From Hyphochytrium catenoides (Eukaryota; Protista; Hyphochytriomycota): DNA of 44,899 bases. The notes beneath the pieces were generated by a model. That model did no database searches. It was not told the origin of the DNA and saw only the letters and a program-made list of their open reading frames with translations. Made by a program: the position numbers and the translations under genes. The stretch spans positions 1 to 44,899 of the forward strand of contig FLMG01001401.1 of the NCBI GenBank assembly GCA_900088475.1, in the 5' to 3' direction. Numbering within the stretch: position 1 is the stretch's first letter; each line of letters starts with the position of its first letter. Shown piece after piece: positions 11,341-23,808 of the stretch.

Positions 11341-13179
11341 GGCGAGAGTTGAAGGCAAAGAAGGGAGGTTTGCTGGAACAGAGAAGAATAGATTCGGACA
11401 CAACGAAAGTGCGGACCATGGTAGAACGTGTACATGAGAATCAAGGCAAAACGCGATAGAGACAAGGGATTCAACGAGATTTGGCAGACAGAATAAGACG
11501 AATATACCGTCCGAAATAATAGGTTTGGGGAGAGATACTATATTATGATGACTGAGACGATGAAAAGGTATCTCTATACAACCGAAGATAAAGGCCAAAA
11601 CCAAATGCTCGAATATAAAGCTACCTTGTGAACCAATCTATATAGTCAAAACAATTTCTTACCTTTTTGGTGAGGAAACAGGAAAAGTTCTGGAGCCCCA
11701 AAAGTAATAGCCTATTTATTCTCGGCTCACAAAAGCTGTAGCTTCTTCCTCACAGTCTGGTAAGGACTGTTTATTTTCGACTCTGGCTAGTTCCTAATTT
11801 TAGTTCTCGGTTGTAAGTGCTGTGGGATATGGTCCGATGATCTGTGCCTCGCCAGTGCATGATGCGTCTTCAGCACCAGCTGCATCACCCGATCTCATCA
11901 GCTGCAGCATCAGCAGGAGAGTTAACAGAGAAGCTACAGCGACTACAGCGAAAGGAGATTGATGGTCCATGGTCCAGGGAGATATCGGGGAAGAACCACT
12001 AGTGCTGGAGGAACGGGGTAACATGTCAGTGTAAAGGTTGATTCGTCGATCAGCAAGGTAGTGACAAGTGGTGAGCCGAACGGCAAAAAGATAGGGCTCG
12101 TGCTGGGGGAAGGTGGGAGGTTGACAGGCATTCAAAGGAACTCAGAGTGCGAAAGGTCCAATAAAAGCCCAACCATTAGCAAGAACTCGCGGAATGCTGA
12201 GTTGAGAAAGTTAGCTAAAGGTGGAAAAGTCTTTGGTTCACCTCCACCTGCTGCTGGGTCAACAGGCTAGCGTTGGGCTAATTCATCTGTGTCCTGCAGT
12301 GGCAGCTGCCTCTGCCCCTTATTCATTCTAGTTTGTTTGACTCTTTGTCTGCCTAGCATGATAGTTGGGTTCGTCTGCTGCTGTACCAGTGATGCAGTGG
12401 TGAGACTATCGTAGCTCTTGGTTTGCTCTCCTTCTTCCGCTATCGAGTATTATAAATCATTCGTTCACTTCGAACGATGTGACTGTCATGGGTCGAGCAT
12501 ATTCTTGAATGCCAATATCCAAAGGAAGGTAAGCCCAAAGCAGTTAACAGCGACGCCCTTGCTCGATGTATGACCAGTTTGACAGTGACCATACTAGTTA
12601 GGAGAAACTCTCATAGAGGGTTAACGAAAGAAGGGAAACGTTCCCTTCGATCTTCAGCAATCAGAGGGTGATTATAGTTCTCCAGTGGTCTCAAACTTAG
12701 CGCTGCTCAGTTCATCCATCTTAATTGCAATGATAAGCACCTAATGTCATCTATTCTACCGTCAGCCCACCTGCAGAAACAAAGCATATACGTTGTGATG
12801 ATGAAGCTGCCACGTCTCGTCGTGACCACTGAGACGATTCCCTGTGTCGTCTTCTCTGCTATATCCTAGGAACACTTATATGCACACTTCCATGAAGGAG
12901 CGGATGGGCCAAAGAGGAAAACATTCACTGCTTACATTAGGGTCAGACTCAATAGAGCTTTATAACACGTAGCTCTTAGGAATCACATATAACCTTACTA
13001 TGATACAGTTCCCGAACGATAGAAGACGGGATGTCTGCTCCGCGGGTTCTTACACGGTCTGAGACGTCACTTTTCAGGATGCTCCAAAAGAATGGAGCTT
13101 GTATGGGACGAGACGGGGGTTTGTGCGATGATGGCAAGTGCCCAGAGCCCTAAAGCACTTGCAACTATGACATGAAGCT

Positions 13180-14526
13180 TTATACACAGGCTAGCTTGGT
13201 ATCACAGCTGCTGAGGCAGATGGCCAGGGCTTGCAAAGGAGAAAGAGGCCATTGAAAATCCATGGTAAAGAGATTGTTTGCAACCCTTCCAAACTGCAAA
13301 ACATTGCCCATAGAAGGATCCTCAGGGTGAATCAGCTGGAAGTTCTTGACAGATGCCATTGATACTCTGCCACCGAAGTCCAAGCAGTACGCCCCCACGT
13401 CATCTCTAAAGATTGGCTCTCTGTTCTTGAAAACCATCAGATTCTCTCCTTGTCCTTGCTGAAGACGGGATGCGAGTCTACGTAAGGAGCCTTTTCCCCC
13501 GTGAGTGGGAGACCCGCCTCCAGAGGCTACTGGAGGGAGGTCTGATAGCCTAACACAATCTTCTGATACCTCTGGTATGCAGACGCGCATCTTTCTTGGC
13601 CCAACACTCGTACGGTTCGCTTCATATGTGACTGCACCTACTTCCTCTCTAAAGAATGGCAGAGAAGCTGAGCCTGTCTCGGATGACTCAGAGCGAGAAG
13701 GCGAGTGATCTCCTGTTAAGGATAGGCTTGGAAGGTTCTGGGTGGTCTTGACGCTCGAAGTGGGACTTGAAGCCTTTTGTGTAAAGCTTTCTTCAAAGAA
13801 GGTGAAGCGAGTTCCTAGGAAGTTTGACTGCAACCTGCCAACCCGCAAGCCACCAGCTTCAAACTTGTCCGGGACGCTTAGAATATATTCACTGCCCATC
13901 GGAGATCGCAGTTGCTTTCTGGCAGTCAGGACTACCCTGTCTTCTGCGCTGCAAGATAGACCCCCATTCTCTGGCTGAAGCAGTACCTCATATACCAATT
14001 GTCGGAGAATCCCTCTCTTGCTCTCTCGCACAAGGCAGCGCATAATGCCCATGTCTAGCGGTATAGGAGAGACCGCAAAAACAGAGAGATCATCAAGCTT
14101 TAAGAGCCTCTTCGGCTTCAAAATCGACATTTCCGATGGTCCTCGACAAAGCGGGCAGGTGCTGCTACCTCCGAGCCATGCACTAATACAGCGATAATGT
14201 ACCAGGACATCACCCGCCTTGTGGTTGCTGCAAGGCAACGGATAGGCACTTCGATTGGGCGTGAAGTTGTCCATACAGATCAGACATGACTGGTCCTTGG
14301 CAAGGTCCGAGTCTGAAGGAATGCCACACACAAAATCTTGCGTCTTGTCCTCGGAGTTTGCTGGTCCAGGCCCACTTGCGACATTATGAACGACGAGTGC
14401 GGATGAAGCAGAAGACGTGGGCGGCGGGGAGAGAGGACACGCCGGTCCTTGTGAAGCCAGTGTGATATCACCCTCTGGCCGGACCGATTGCTGCATTCTG
14501 TCCTCACAGGCTAGCTCCGTTTCCAT
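13180..14526 (-). CDS. RING-H2 zinc finger + Tubby C-terminal domain protein, 448 aa, intronless CDS
   Basis: RING: CLIC...LPCSNH...VHYRCISAWL...TCPLCR. Tubby motifs: GRLQSNFLGTRFT, GPRKMRV, NREP...YCLDFGGRVSMASVKNFQL, LQFGRV...FTMDFQWPLSPLQALAICLSSCDTKLACV*. Confidence 0.92.
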   Translation of the reverse strand: METELACEDRMQQSVRPEGDITLASQGPACPLSPPPTSSASSALVVHNVASGPGPANSEDKTQDFVCGIPSDSDLAKDQSCLICMDNFTPNRSAYPLPCSNHKAGDVLVHYRCISAWLGGSSTCPLCRGPSEMSILKPKRLLKLDDLSVFAVSPIPLDMGIMRCLVRESKRGILRQLVYEVLLQPENGGLSCSAEDRVVLTARKQLRSPMGSEYILSVPDKFEAGGLRVGRLQSNFLGTRFTFFEESFTQKASSPTSSVKTTQNLPSLSLTGDHSPSRSESSETGSASLPFFREEVGAVTYEANRTSVGPRKMRVCIPEVSEDCVRLSDLPPVASGGGSPTHGGKGSLRRLASRLQQGQGENLMVFKNREPIFRDDVGAYCLDFGGRVSMASVKNFQLIHPEDPSMGNVLQFGRVANNLFTMDFQWPLSPLQALAICLSSCDTKLACV

Positions 14527-15283
14527 ACTGCCAAATTGTGTCTAAAAGGTTATTGACAGTCACTGCATTGTCTCGTTTTGTTTGCCCAAGAAAAAGCCCT
14601 TGAGAATGGACCGGCAGGCCTCGGCCGCAGGAGAACTTCAATCTCGAGAAAGAGGAAAAAGCCGTGAACAGTGAACAAGTTGTCGCCCGACGAGGAGAAC
14701 AGAGAGAGACCGAGAGAGAGAATATCTGCTATGCAGGAGTAAATTATGAAAGAGAATAGAGCTTTGTAGTCGCAGCTCGAGATCCTTGGCTAGCCAATGA
14801 CGCCAGGGAAGCTGTGCAGCGATCTCTCAGAACAACAAGAAAGAGTCAGGCAATCCTAACAGACGGACAATGTCTGTGAGATAGAGCGCGTTGCGAAGTG
14901 ACCGCAATGAGACACAGGGAGTTTGAGAAGAGACACGGAAGACGCTGGAGGAGAGAAAGAAGCACAAACCCAGCGGTGAAGACAAGATGAGAGATGGCGG
15001 CCCGTGCTCACCACAGAGGAAGAAAGACAGCGGGGAAAGAAGAATAGAGAAAAGTAACAGAGTACGACCGAAAGAGAGAGAAAGAGAAAGAGGAGAGAGA
15101 CAGAGAAGAGGAGAAAGGGCGAAAGAGAGAGAGAAAGAAGAGAAAGAAAGAGCACATACCTCTTCCCTTGTTTCTTGGCCCAATCCTCCCACAGTCCTTT
15201 GTAGCTGAATCAGAGTCACCAAGAAACAAGCACGGAAAGCATGTGCTCTTTTCTCTCTCTCTCTCTCTCTCTCTAGCTCTCTC

Positions 15284-15318
15284 NNNNNNNNNNNNNNNNN
15301 NNNNNNNNNNNNNNNNNN
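15284..15318. other. Assembly gap (35 N) inside a (CT)n tract
   Basis: N run flanked by CT repeats. Confidence 0.99.
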
Positions 15319-15358
<40 letters not shown>

Positions 15359-18107
15359 AGAAGAGCCAAACCACAGCATAAAACGCTGTCGCTATCAATT
15401 CTGGAAAAGAATACACAAGCTGGGACGCCTTTCATTCACAATCGGAGAGCTAAGATGATGCCTATTCGTGAACCTTACTAACTACTATTCTTTATGAGCA
15501 CATGTCCTTTGACCCGATGCCGTACTACTAGTGCCATCTATAGGTCTCTAAGGCCTAACTCAGTTCTTACTACGCCGAATGTCCTTCCTTGTGCTTTCTC
15601 ATAAGGGACAGTATATCATGTTGATGAAGCCCTTATATCACTGGCGTTGCGTAGAGGGGTCGAGAATGACAACCTGTCAAGAGGGATGTTGGACACAGAA
15701 AGAATGGGTCCCACCCGCCCTTGTCCCCATTCTTCCTTTCCTACTGACCATATCATGGAGGAGGTACACAGGGTGGATATGTCACATTCTGATATGTTGA
15801 AGCAGGCTGCCCACTAAACCAGAACTGGCCCCCACCTTGTTAGCCATCCCCTTCAATATTCGTGTTTCTCTAGCTAGCAATACATTTCTTGAAAGCTAAT
15901 GACCTCTGGTATTACTCCTCTAAGAAAGGCAAGGCTATTACTACATCCACCCTACAATCTAAACCTATAACTAGCGCATTTCTTGATTGGGTTGCAGCTG
16001 TCTCGTTTGCAGAAAGTTTTTGAAAGGTAAAGCTAGAAAACAACAGAAACAAGTAAAGTAGTTCTGCCAGCTAATAAGGCCTTGAAATGAAACATTTCAG
16101 TAGGAGAGAAGGAAAGAATGGGCTCACGTCTATTTAGTGTTCAGACGCTGACGTGAAGCTCTGATAATCTGCGATCTTTCCCATCATCATCGGGCCGCTG
16201 ATGATCTTCTGAATATTCTACTACTGCTGCTGCTGGCACCCATCATCAGTCCGATCATCATTATTTGAAGCCTGCTAGAGGCTCGGACGGGTAAATAGCT
16301 GCATGCAATACGGAGGCTGGAGAGAATTTGGCACTACTGTTCGCATGGATGTTATGAGGAGTTGTAAAAGGGTTGGTACACTACTTCATCATCATGACGA
16401 AGAGGAGGAGGAGAGAGGTGGTAATGACGAGCATACTCGTTTGACAAACAGGCGCTAATGGCAGACGACGATGCAGAGGGGAAAAACAGCCTTTCTCTAA
16501 TGGAAACCAGCTACCCAGACTAGTCTGCAATACTGAAGGAAGATGGACTGGGTTCGATGTTGGTTGGCCGGTTGAGAATCTTGGGCCCCCAATCCTGTCT
16601 CCTGCACCACACATTCCACCACCGCTTGTCCTAGAAGATAAACCGTCATTATTGAAGCTCATGACTAACTCATAGTATTCATCTTCGGTTAGGGAGATAC
16701 ATACTCGTATTATTACTTACATCAAGCAGCGCTACAGTTGGGGAGCGCTTTCACCCAGGATCGTTGTCTCCTCCCTCCTACATGCAGCTTATCATCAGTT
16801 TGTCATATGCCCACCAACTGATTGAAAGGTTAGTCCGTTATCTACAATACTGCTTGCTGATAATAAAATGTTAGTATAGCAAGTAATGATTGCTTGAGAT
16901 CAGAGTCACAATAATAATGAAGATATCATAATATCGTCGCTAAGCAGCGCTCAGCCTTATTAGTTATGAACGCATCCGCCTGACGGTACAGTCCGTACAA
17001 GAAGAATAGTTGCGATGATCTCCTCAACGACCTTAACGCATTCGGACCACATACAGGAGCCTCCTCCTCGTTATTATCTTTTTTTTATAGAACCGGCGGC
17101 GCCCAACAGCTTATTAGTTGTTGCTAATAAGAATCGTTGCGGCGAAACGACGACGGGAAATAAACACTACTATCATGCAAGCGTTGTTATAAGGATTACC
17201 CGGCAGACGTCGTATTTAGTGGCCAGCATATCCCATCATCAAAGTACTGTTACGCACGCTTAACCTCATCAACAAATCTAGCCCTTCCTTCGAGGAGAGA
17301 TAGCAACAACAACAACCTCCCTCCTCTCTTCCTACGACGAACTTTCCCGGGCCATACTGACTGATAGGTAGTAGCGTCGTTAAGTCGGTACGGTCTGAAT
17401 GGCAGTAGCAGGTATTACGATTGGCCATTGAAAGCGTTAGCGATGGACCAAGCCGAGGAAGATGGTGGAGTGCATTGCTGATAATTGTTGGCACGCTTCT
17501 TAGAACAAGGTTTAACCTACCAGTTCCTCCATCTCTCACAGTTTCCCATCATCTCCAGCAGCCGTACAAGTAACGGAGCTCCATTCATTACAAATATAGG
17601 GCATTGTATGCCTGCTATTTGGGGATAGAGTGATACTTGATTCGTGACAGCGCCTTATTTGAAGCTGTCTCAGTTTTTCTTGATCTCTTCTTTGGCAACT
17701 TCATGACAGCGTTGGGGGAAGAGGAAGACAGATTCTGATCATCATGATTGACCAGAGTTCTTCCCTACTCTGTCTCTCTTCTCTTCTCTCTCTCTCTCCC
17801 TCCTCTTGCTCTCTCTCTCCGTTTCATTCTCTCTTCTTGACCTTCCCTATGAGACATAATGTGTGTTGCCTTCTAACGATCAAGCCAGCCAGCCATGGAA
17901 CGTTGCCCAAGGTCAAGAAGGTCGCTGCAGAAGGAAAAGAAGTGAAGCTAAAGGGACTTATCGACAAGGTCCTAGCATAATAGAGGCATTAACAATTCCT
18001 GGATCTTTGCTATGTGGCAGCCACCGGCCAAAACCTTGCTCCTCCTACCTCAGGAAACCTTCCTTCCGAGTTGGCCGAGAGCCTAGAATTGTTCCGGTTT
18101 ACTAGGG

Positions 18108-21100
18108 ATGGAAGAGCAACAAGGTGCTTTGCTTAAGCTGAACAATGAGGGCACTGCTCGGAAGAAGAAGACTAAGGCGGAGCGAAGTGCTCCAAGAAAG
18201 AGAAGGCCAAGGAAGAGGACGACGACTCAAAACAAGGGCAATGATCCTCCAAGTAGTAGAAATCCAGGCGAAGGACCGGATGCACAAGGAAGAGGAGATG
18301 TTGGGCTGTCTACCCTCTCTCCCTTACTCAGAGCCATCGCTCTCCCCTGCCAGTCTCCGTACGCAGGGCAAGGAGAAGGAGAGAGAGCAGGAAATGCACA
18401 GACTTCAAAGCGGGGAGAGAAGCAGCCTCCTTTCACAGAGAGAGACAAATTGACATGTTACTCTCCCTCTCTGCAAGAGCAAGAAGCAGCAATGAGAGCA
18501 GAAAGAGCCTATTGGACACAATGGGTGATTCGCGCGGCGGAGAAGGAGAGAGAGAGAAGATTGCGTGTGCTTGCCGAGATGCAACAGGAAGAAGAGAGAG
18601 AGAGACTGACGAGACGAGCATGGGCAATCAATGCAATAGAAGAGGAAAGAAGAGCGGTGATGAGGGAAATGTTCCTGAACAATCTTACCAACTCGCCCTG
18701 GTTCCAGGTGAGAAAGGAGAGAGGACAGCGAGGAAGGTTTAATGGCATGAAGACAATATCAGTGCAGAAGAAAAGAGACAGAGAGAGAGAAGAGAAGCGG
18801 GCCAAGCGAGAGAGAGGAGTGGCAGGAAGAGGAGGTGCTACAGAACCCTCAGACTACGGCGGAAGGGAGAGAAGGCAATCAGCTTGCATAGGGTCTTGCC
18901 TCACATCTCTGTTCTCGCTCTCAAACTTCTGCATCGACCACTTGGTTTTCTTCTCTCCCTCTCTGTTTCCTACTCTCTCTCTCTTGTTTGTCACCCTGCC
19001 CGTCTGTGCGTCTTTGCTTTCTCTTTGCCTTCCCCCTCCCCTCCCTCGTTCCGTCTCTTCTTCTCCTTCTTGATCTTTCTCTCTTCATCCTCCCTACTCT
19101 CAGGCATCTGTCTCGGCGATTGAAGAAGACTATGAGGTCGTATGCCCAAATTTTGGCTGTGATCACAGCTGCAGGAGGAACAAACTTCACGAACACGTTG
19201 CGGAATGCCCATACGGACTTGGTAATGTGACAGCTTGATTTCTTAGATACAGCTAGGAGGATAGGAGGAGGAGCGCCCAGAAGGGAAGGGGAGCAAAGAG
19301 ATAGGCCTGACTGATGGTTGAGAGAGAGGCGAAAAGGTAGAAGAGAGACAGAGAGAGTGACAAAGCCCTGACCTACGTACAGAGACTATATGACTGTCGA
19401 CCTTCTTACCTTATGATCGCTGGATACATAGAGGAATCATCCCAGTCGGGCGCATCCTCAACAGACTTCAACACTTACGAGGTCATTTGCCCCAACGCCG
19501 TTCTGGGCTGCGTCTTCACGTGCAGCAGGACTCACTTGCCCCAGCACATGGATGAATGTGCCTTTCAGGGTATCGTAGATTCTCCTTCCTTTCTAGTCGT
19601 CTCTGCCTTTTCTTCTGTCTTATGGTCCACCTCCCCAATCAGTTCTTTGCACGCTCGAAGGCCACCGTGATGATCCTTATACTTACCACTTCATGGCCCA
19701 TCCATCCGCGAAAAATAAGCTTGTTGGCCGCAGCAACGGTCGTCTATCCTCACAATGTGTTTCTCTTTCGAAACGTCTCAGGAAAATCTCAGGAAGAGGA
19801 GCAGAAAATTCGTACCGAGCTGAAACAGAGAGTCTTAGAGGCTGTGGAGCTTGAGAGACAAAGGAGGATGGAGCAGCTAGAGAGCAACGAAGATGAAGAG
19901 GCTCGAGGTCTCCTCCATAGATTATGGGGAGCACAGACGAGATACCTCCAGGTTCGTCTCTCTCTCTCTCTCTCCCTCTTTGCGCGACTCCTGCTCTCTC
20001 TTCGATTGTCCTCATTATTTTTTGCCGACCTTCTTTCTTCTAGGGTATACTTCACTATGAGATTCAGGACTTTGCAGTTTCCTGCATAAAGGAGTCATAT
20101 AAGCGGGAAGGTAAGAGCTGTGAAGAACTCCGTGTGGGAGCTCTTCTGGAAGATGCGAGGAAAAAACGGCAGGAGATGAAAAGAGGGACAAGTAGTAGAG
20201 AGCATGAAGGATGAAGGCCGGAGATAAAGATAGTCCATTATAAGGGGAAATGGCGGGAACATTGGTCACCCACCGAATGGCAAGCCAAGTGTGAAGAGTG
20301 CTAACTAGTTGTTCTCATTGCATAGCACTTCTGAGGCCCCTTACCAGGCACTTGGAGGCTGTCATCAAGCAGCTCTGGTCGGCTGCCAAGTTAGAGCCGT
20401 TTGGTTCCTTCGTCACAGGTGAGATCAGCAGTAAGGAATCTGTAGAGTCCCATTGCCGTGTGGAACTCCGGCCTTGTTCTTGGCATGTTGCGGTCACTGC
20501 TCTTGACCGGGTCCATTCCTGAGGCTGATGGAACTTTACGGGCCCCCGACAATAGGCATGTGCACCAGCCAAAGTGACATCGACCTCGTGATATGTGGGG
20601 CTGAGGAGGCAGAAATACCAGGAGAAGAGTCATCCGCTGTAGGAGCTTCTACCGCGTCAGGTGGCTCAAAGGACAAACGGCTGAGAACATTGTCAGAGGT
20701 AGGGATAGCAGAGGAGTTGGCAACGGGAGAAATAAACCCTTAGAGAGAAAAAGGAAAGGAGAAGGGTAATAGGAATGGGTACTCGCTGATCTGTTTCTCT
20801 TACACTTCGCTTTCTATGCAGCAACTGCGGCAGAGTTGCGAGTGGATTGAAGACATCCAGACCATAGAAACTGCCACTATTCCGCTGGTGAAGGTAAGGA
20901 ATGGCCTCTAGTCTTCTTTCCTAGTCTGTGATCGCACCAGTCGTTCTTCTTCTCGCTCTCCGTCCGTCGAAGCACACAACCCTTTCAAGTTCACACCGTG
21001 CAGTCGCACGATTAGCTTCCATTTGAGAACCGTCTCGTTGTGATTGTGCCTGTCTTCGAGCAGACCTCACGCGATTGATATCCATGCCACTTACTGTCAC

Positions 21101-22810
21101 ATCTTTTACACGCTGTGCTCAGGTTCGCACCAAAGCCGACCCATACATTTTGCAGTTAGACATATCATTTGATGGTCCACGGCACAATGGCATTGCTACT
21201 GCTTCTTTACTCTTGGAGATGAAGAGCGCCCTTGCCGCGCTCTCTCCCCTCGTCCTGTTATTGAAGGAGTTTCTTGCTAGGAGAGGGCTGAACGACACTT
21301 ATACTGGCGGTCTCTCTTCGTACGCGTTGGTGAGATACAGAATAGTCTTTGAACAGTCGAAGAAAGAGCTCGTTACTCTGCTCTCAAACAGCAAAACTAA
21401 TGACGGGGACAATGTCTATTGTCCTACCTCGCTCTCCCCAGGTTCTTATGGTGACCTATCTTCTTCTAACACGTCGAAGCAACAGGTCCACATTCTCTCA
21501 GCCGCAGTTGACGTCACCATCTCCGTCCTCTCCGATTCTACCTCGGAAAGGTCAGCAGCAAACTTTCAAAGAGAGAGAGAGAATCTCTCTATTAAGGCAG
21601 CTTAGGCTTAGTGTTATTGCTGTGCCCTTCCTCTTTCTCTGCTGCGGCATCCACTGTTTCCCAGGGACAGTCTTTTCCTCCACTCACAGGCCCGCTTCTT
21701 TGGTCTACAGATAGCATCGTCGAGTCGAACTCCAGTGTCTTTCCTAAGGTTTACGGACCTGATCTGCAGCGATCTCAGGGGCAGCGCCTCGGCTCTTTGC
21801 TCCTTCATGGAGGCCCTGTCGCACAACAGGGAAACTCCTCACCCTCCCACGTCATCGCCCCTCCTACATCCGTTTCTTCTTCAGCGTCTCCTGCGCGTCC
21901 ATCTTTTTCCCCTGCCTCCGAGGACCAGCAAGCTGGCGAGCCTCCGACCCTTCTGGGTCAGCTCCTGATGGAGTTCCTTCGATTTTATGGCGATGAGTTT
22001 CAACCCATGGCCGAGGGCTTATCAGTCAGAAACGGAGGGTAAGAACCCTTCGTCTATTCGCGGTAGTGTGACGCTTAGTGCTTTTATTTCAAGAGATGGG
22101 GGATGTGAAAGCAACAGATGGGAAGACAGAGGCATGATGCCCGAAGGTGAAGGGGCTGTCTGCCAAGAGACAGAAAGGCTGAAGCGGCAGCAATATTCCC
22201 TTTATCTCTCCTAAACAGCCTGCGACCAACCTGTCTCTAGGTTCCGCTTTCTGCTGAGCCCAAGCCTCCCTGGCCATCCCTCCGAGCCCCTAACCATTGA
22301 AGACCCGTTTGACCCTAACAACAACGTAGCAAGGTAAATCTCGTTTCTCTTTTATCTTCCAGTCTTCGGGCTTTAGCTTGCTAGGGAGGTCGGTTTGGTT
22401 GTTTGGTGTAGCTACTACCCCTCTCGCCCTGCGTAGCATGGATATCGTCTCTCCTCCGATCGCTGGCCGGTCTCTTCAACCTTACCCTGACATGGTTGGA
22501 TGCCTCTTGCAGGCATTGTTATAGGATCTCTCAAATACTCCAGAGCTTTGGCGATGCTCTCTCCCGCCTTAACTCTTTCATAGCACGAGGGAAGCGGTAC
22601 GCTATCTCTGTCTCTCTCTCTCTCTCCACAGGGGGAAAGCTGTCTTGATGATCCTCCTGTGGACCCATCGACATTCACACCCAGCGTGGCTTAGTGCTTG
22701 CCTTCACTCTTAGGTTGGAGGATCTGCACCTGTCGGTCCTCGAAACGATCCTGCAAGTCTCCACGCCGATAGCTTCTCCGCCGTCAACTTCTTCAGGAGA
22801 AGCCACGTAG
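18108..22810 (+). CDS. Trf4/PAPD5 (TENT4)-like non-canonical poly(A) polymerase with N-terminal coiled coil and two TRAF-type zinc fingers; multi-exon, 5' end uncertain
   Basis: Spliced motifs: LHYEIQDF; QLWSAAKLEPFGSFVTG/MCTSQSDIDLVI (GS..DxD); IETATIPLVK; LQLDISFD (third Asp); LVLLLKEFLARRGLNDTYTGGLSSYAL; LGQLLMEFLRFYG; LTIEDPFDPNNNVAR (PAP-associated). Last exon SVLETIL...GEAT*, TAG at 22808-22810. Zn-finger exons 19104-19221 and 19432-19569. Confidence 0.85.
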
Positions 22811-23062
22811 TTTGAATAGGCAGGTAGAGACAATCTTGGATCCCAAACAATTCTCTCTCGCTTTCTCTCTTGGTCTCTGCGCTGCCTTATTGCCCATGAT
22901 GGTGACGGTCTTGCGCGTCTCCACAAAAGCCAAGGTCATGTCTTCGCTGCGTGCCTCCGCAGCTACCTTTCCCTCCTCTTCGGGGACCTTTGCACTTCCC
23001 CCTCCGTCCCGCATTATTCTTTCTCTCTCTCTCTCTTTCCTTTGTAGCATATTGCTGGTTCT

Positions 23063-23808
23063 TCACTCCTTGTCTTCTGCATCCCATAGGTTGTCGTCCT
23101 GCTCTAAGTGTACTGCTGTCTTACGAGACAGCTCCTGCAGATGCTGGTCCACATATCGCCGGGCGTTAGGGTCCCTGACGTTGTACTGGGGAACAGCGCT
23201 GCAAGCCAAACAGACGTCCGTCTCACACTCATAACAGTGATACTGAGGCAGACGACGGAGAGGAAGAAGGAGGAGGGAAGACGATTAGAAGAGTGTGACA
23301 CTGAGGACGAAGTAGAAGCGTAAGACAAGTTCCTCTAGGCCTAGCGCTTATCGCCCTTGCCACTTACCACTTGACCTCTTCGCCCCTGTCCCTTGCAGAC
23401 ATCACACTTCCAGTTGATCCTATGGATGACATCAACATCCTCCTCACTGCCTCCGATCTCTATGAAGGAATAGGGATCAACTGTGAGGAGGAGAGTGTGA
23501 AGATGAAGAGATGAGGAACCGCAGTGTTTGCTCTTGATCTCAAAGGGGACATAGGAGTCCTCATAGCTATAGTCCACTTCCAGGCAGTCGGAGACGCTGT
23601 GCTGGTTCAAGAAGTATGTGCTCGCGAGAGAATGAGGTTGAGGATGACAGAGCTGCACGTAAGGGTACTCTCTCCTCTCCCCTTCTCCCTCCAGCGAGCT
23701 CAGACAGCAAGACTCCTGGTCGCTCTCTGTGAGCTCACCGTCACTGCCATCGCTTCCTTCGGCCCAACTCGTCCCACGTTCCCGCTGCTTTCGTGCTTCC
23801 AAGCTCAT
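23063..23808 (-). CDS. 206-aa protein with a C1-like (DC1)/ZZ-like Cys/His zinc finger; exons 23808-23368 and 23242-23063
   Basis: GTAAGT donor and cctcAG acceptor join WKCDVCKGQGRRGQV to YHCYECETDVCLAC. The upstream HLHTLLL matches the HxHxL start of DC1 domains. Exon 2 is exactly 60 codons ending in TGA. Confidence 0.75.

Noticed and set aside
11017-11710. Resemblance to mitochondrial pyruvate carrier (YFWGS...SKN...LACH) or EBP sterol isomerase (Q..C..EMYG)
   Set aside because: Only fragmentary motif likeness. The other required motifs (NWG; WKEY..DSRY) are absent and no consistent gene model forms.
11800-12135. ORF with a signal-peptide-like stretch (AVVAVASLLTLLLMLQLM)
   Set aside because: Short, no recognisable domain and no supported downstream exon.
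17744-18470. Extra 5' exons or a GC-AG intron for the TENT4-like gene
   Set aside because: Candidate joins either hit a stop (TGA ~18139) or need a poor GCGGGG donor. Left unresolved.
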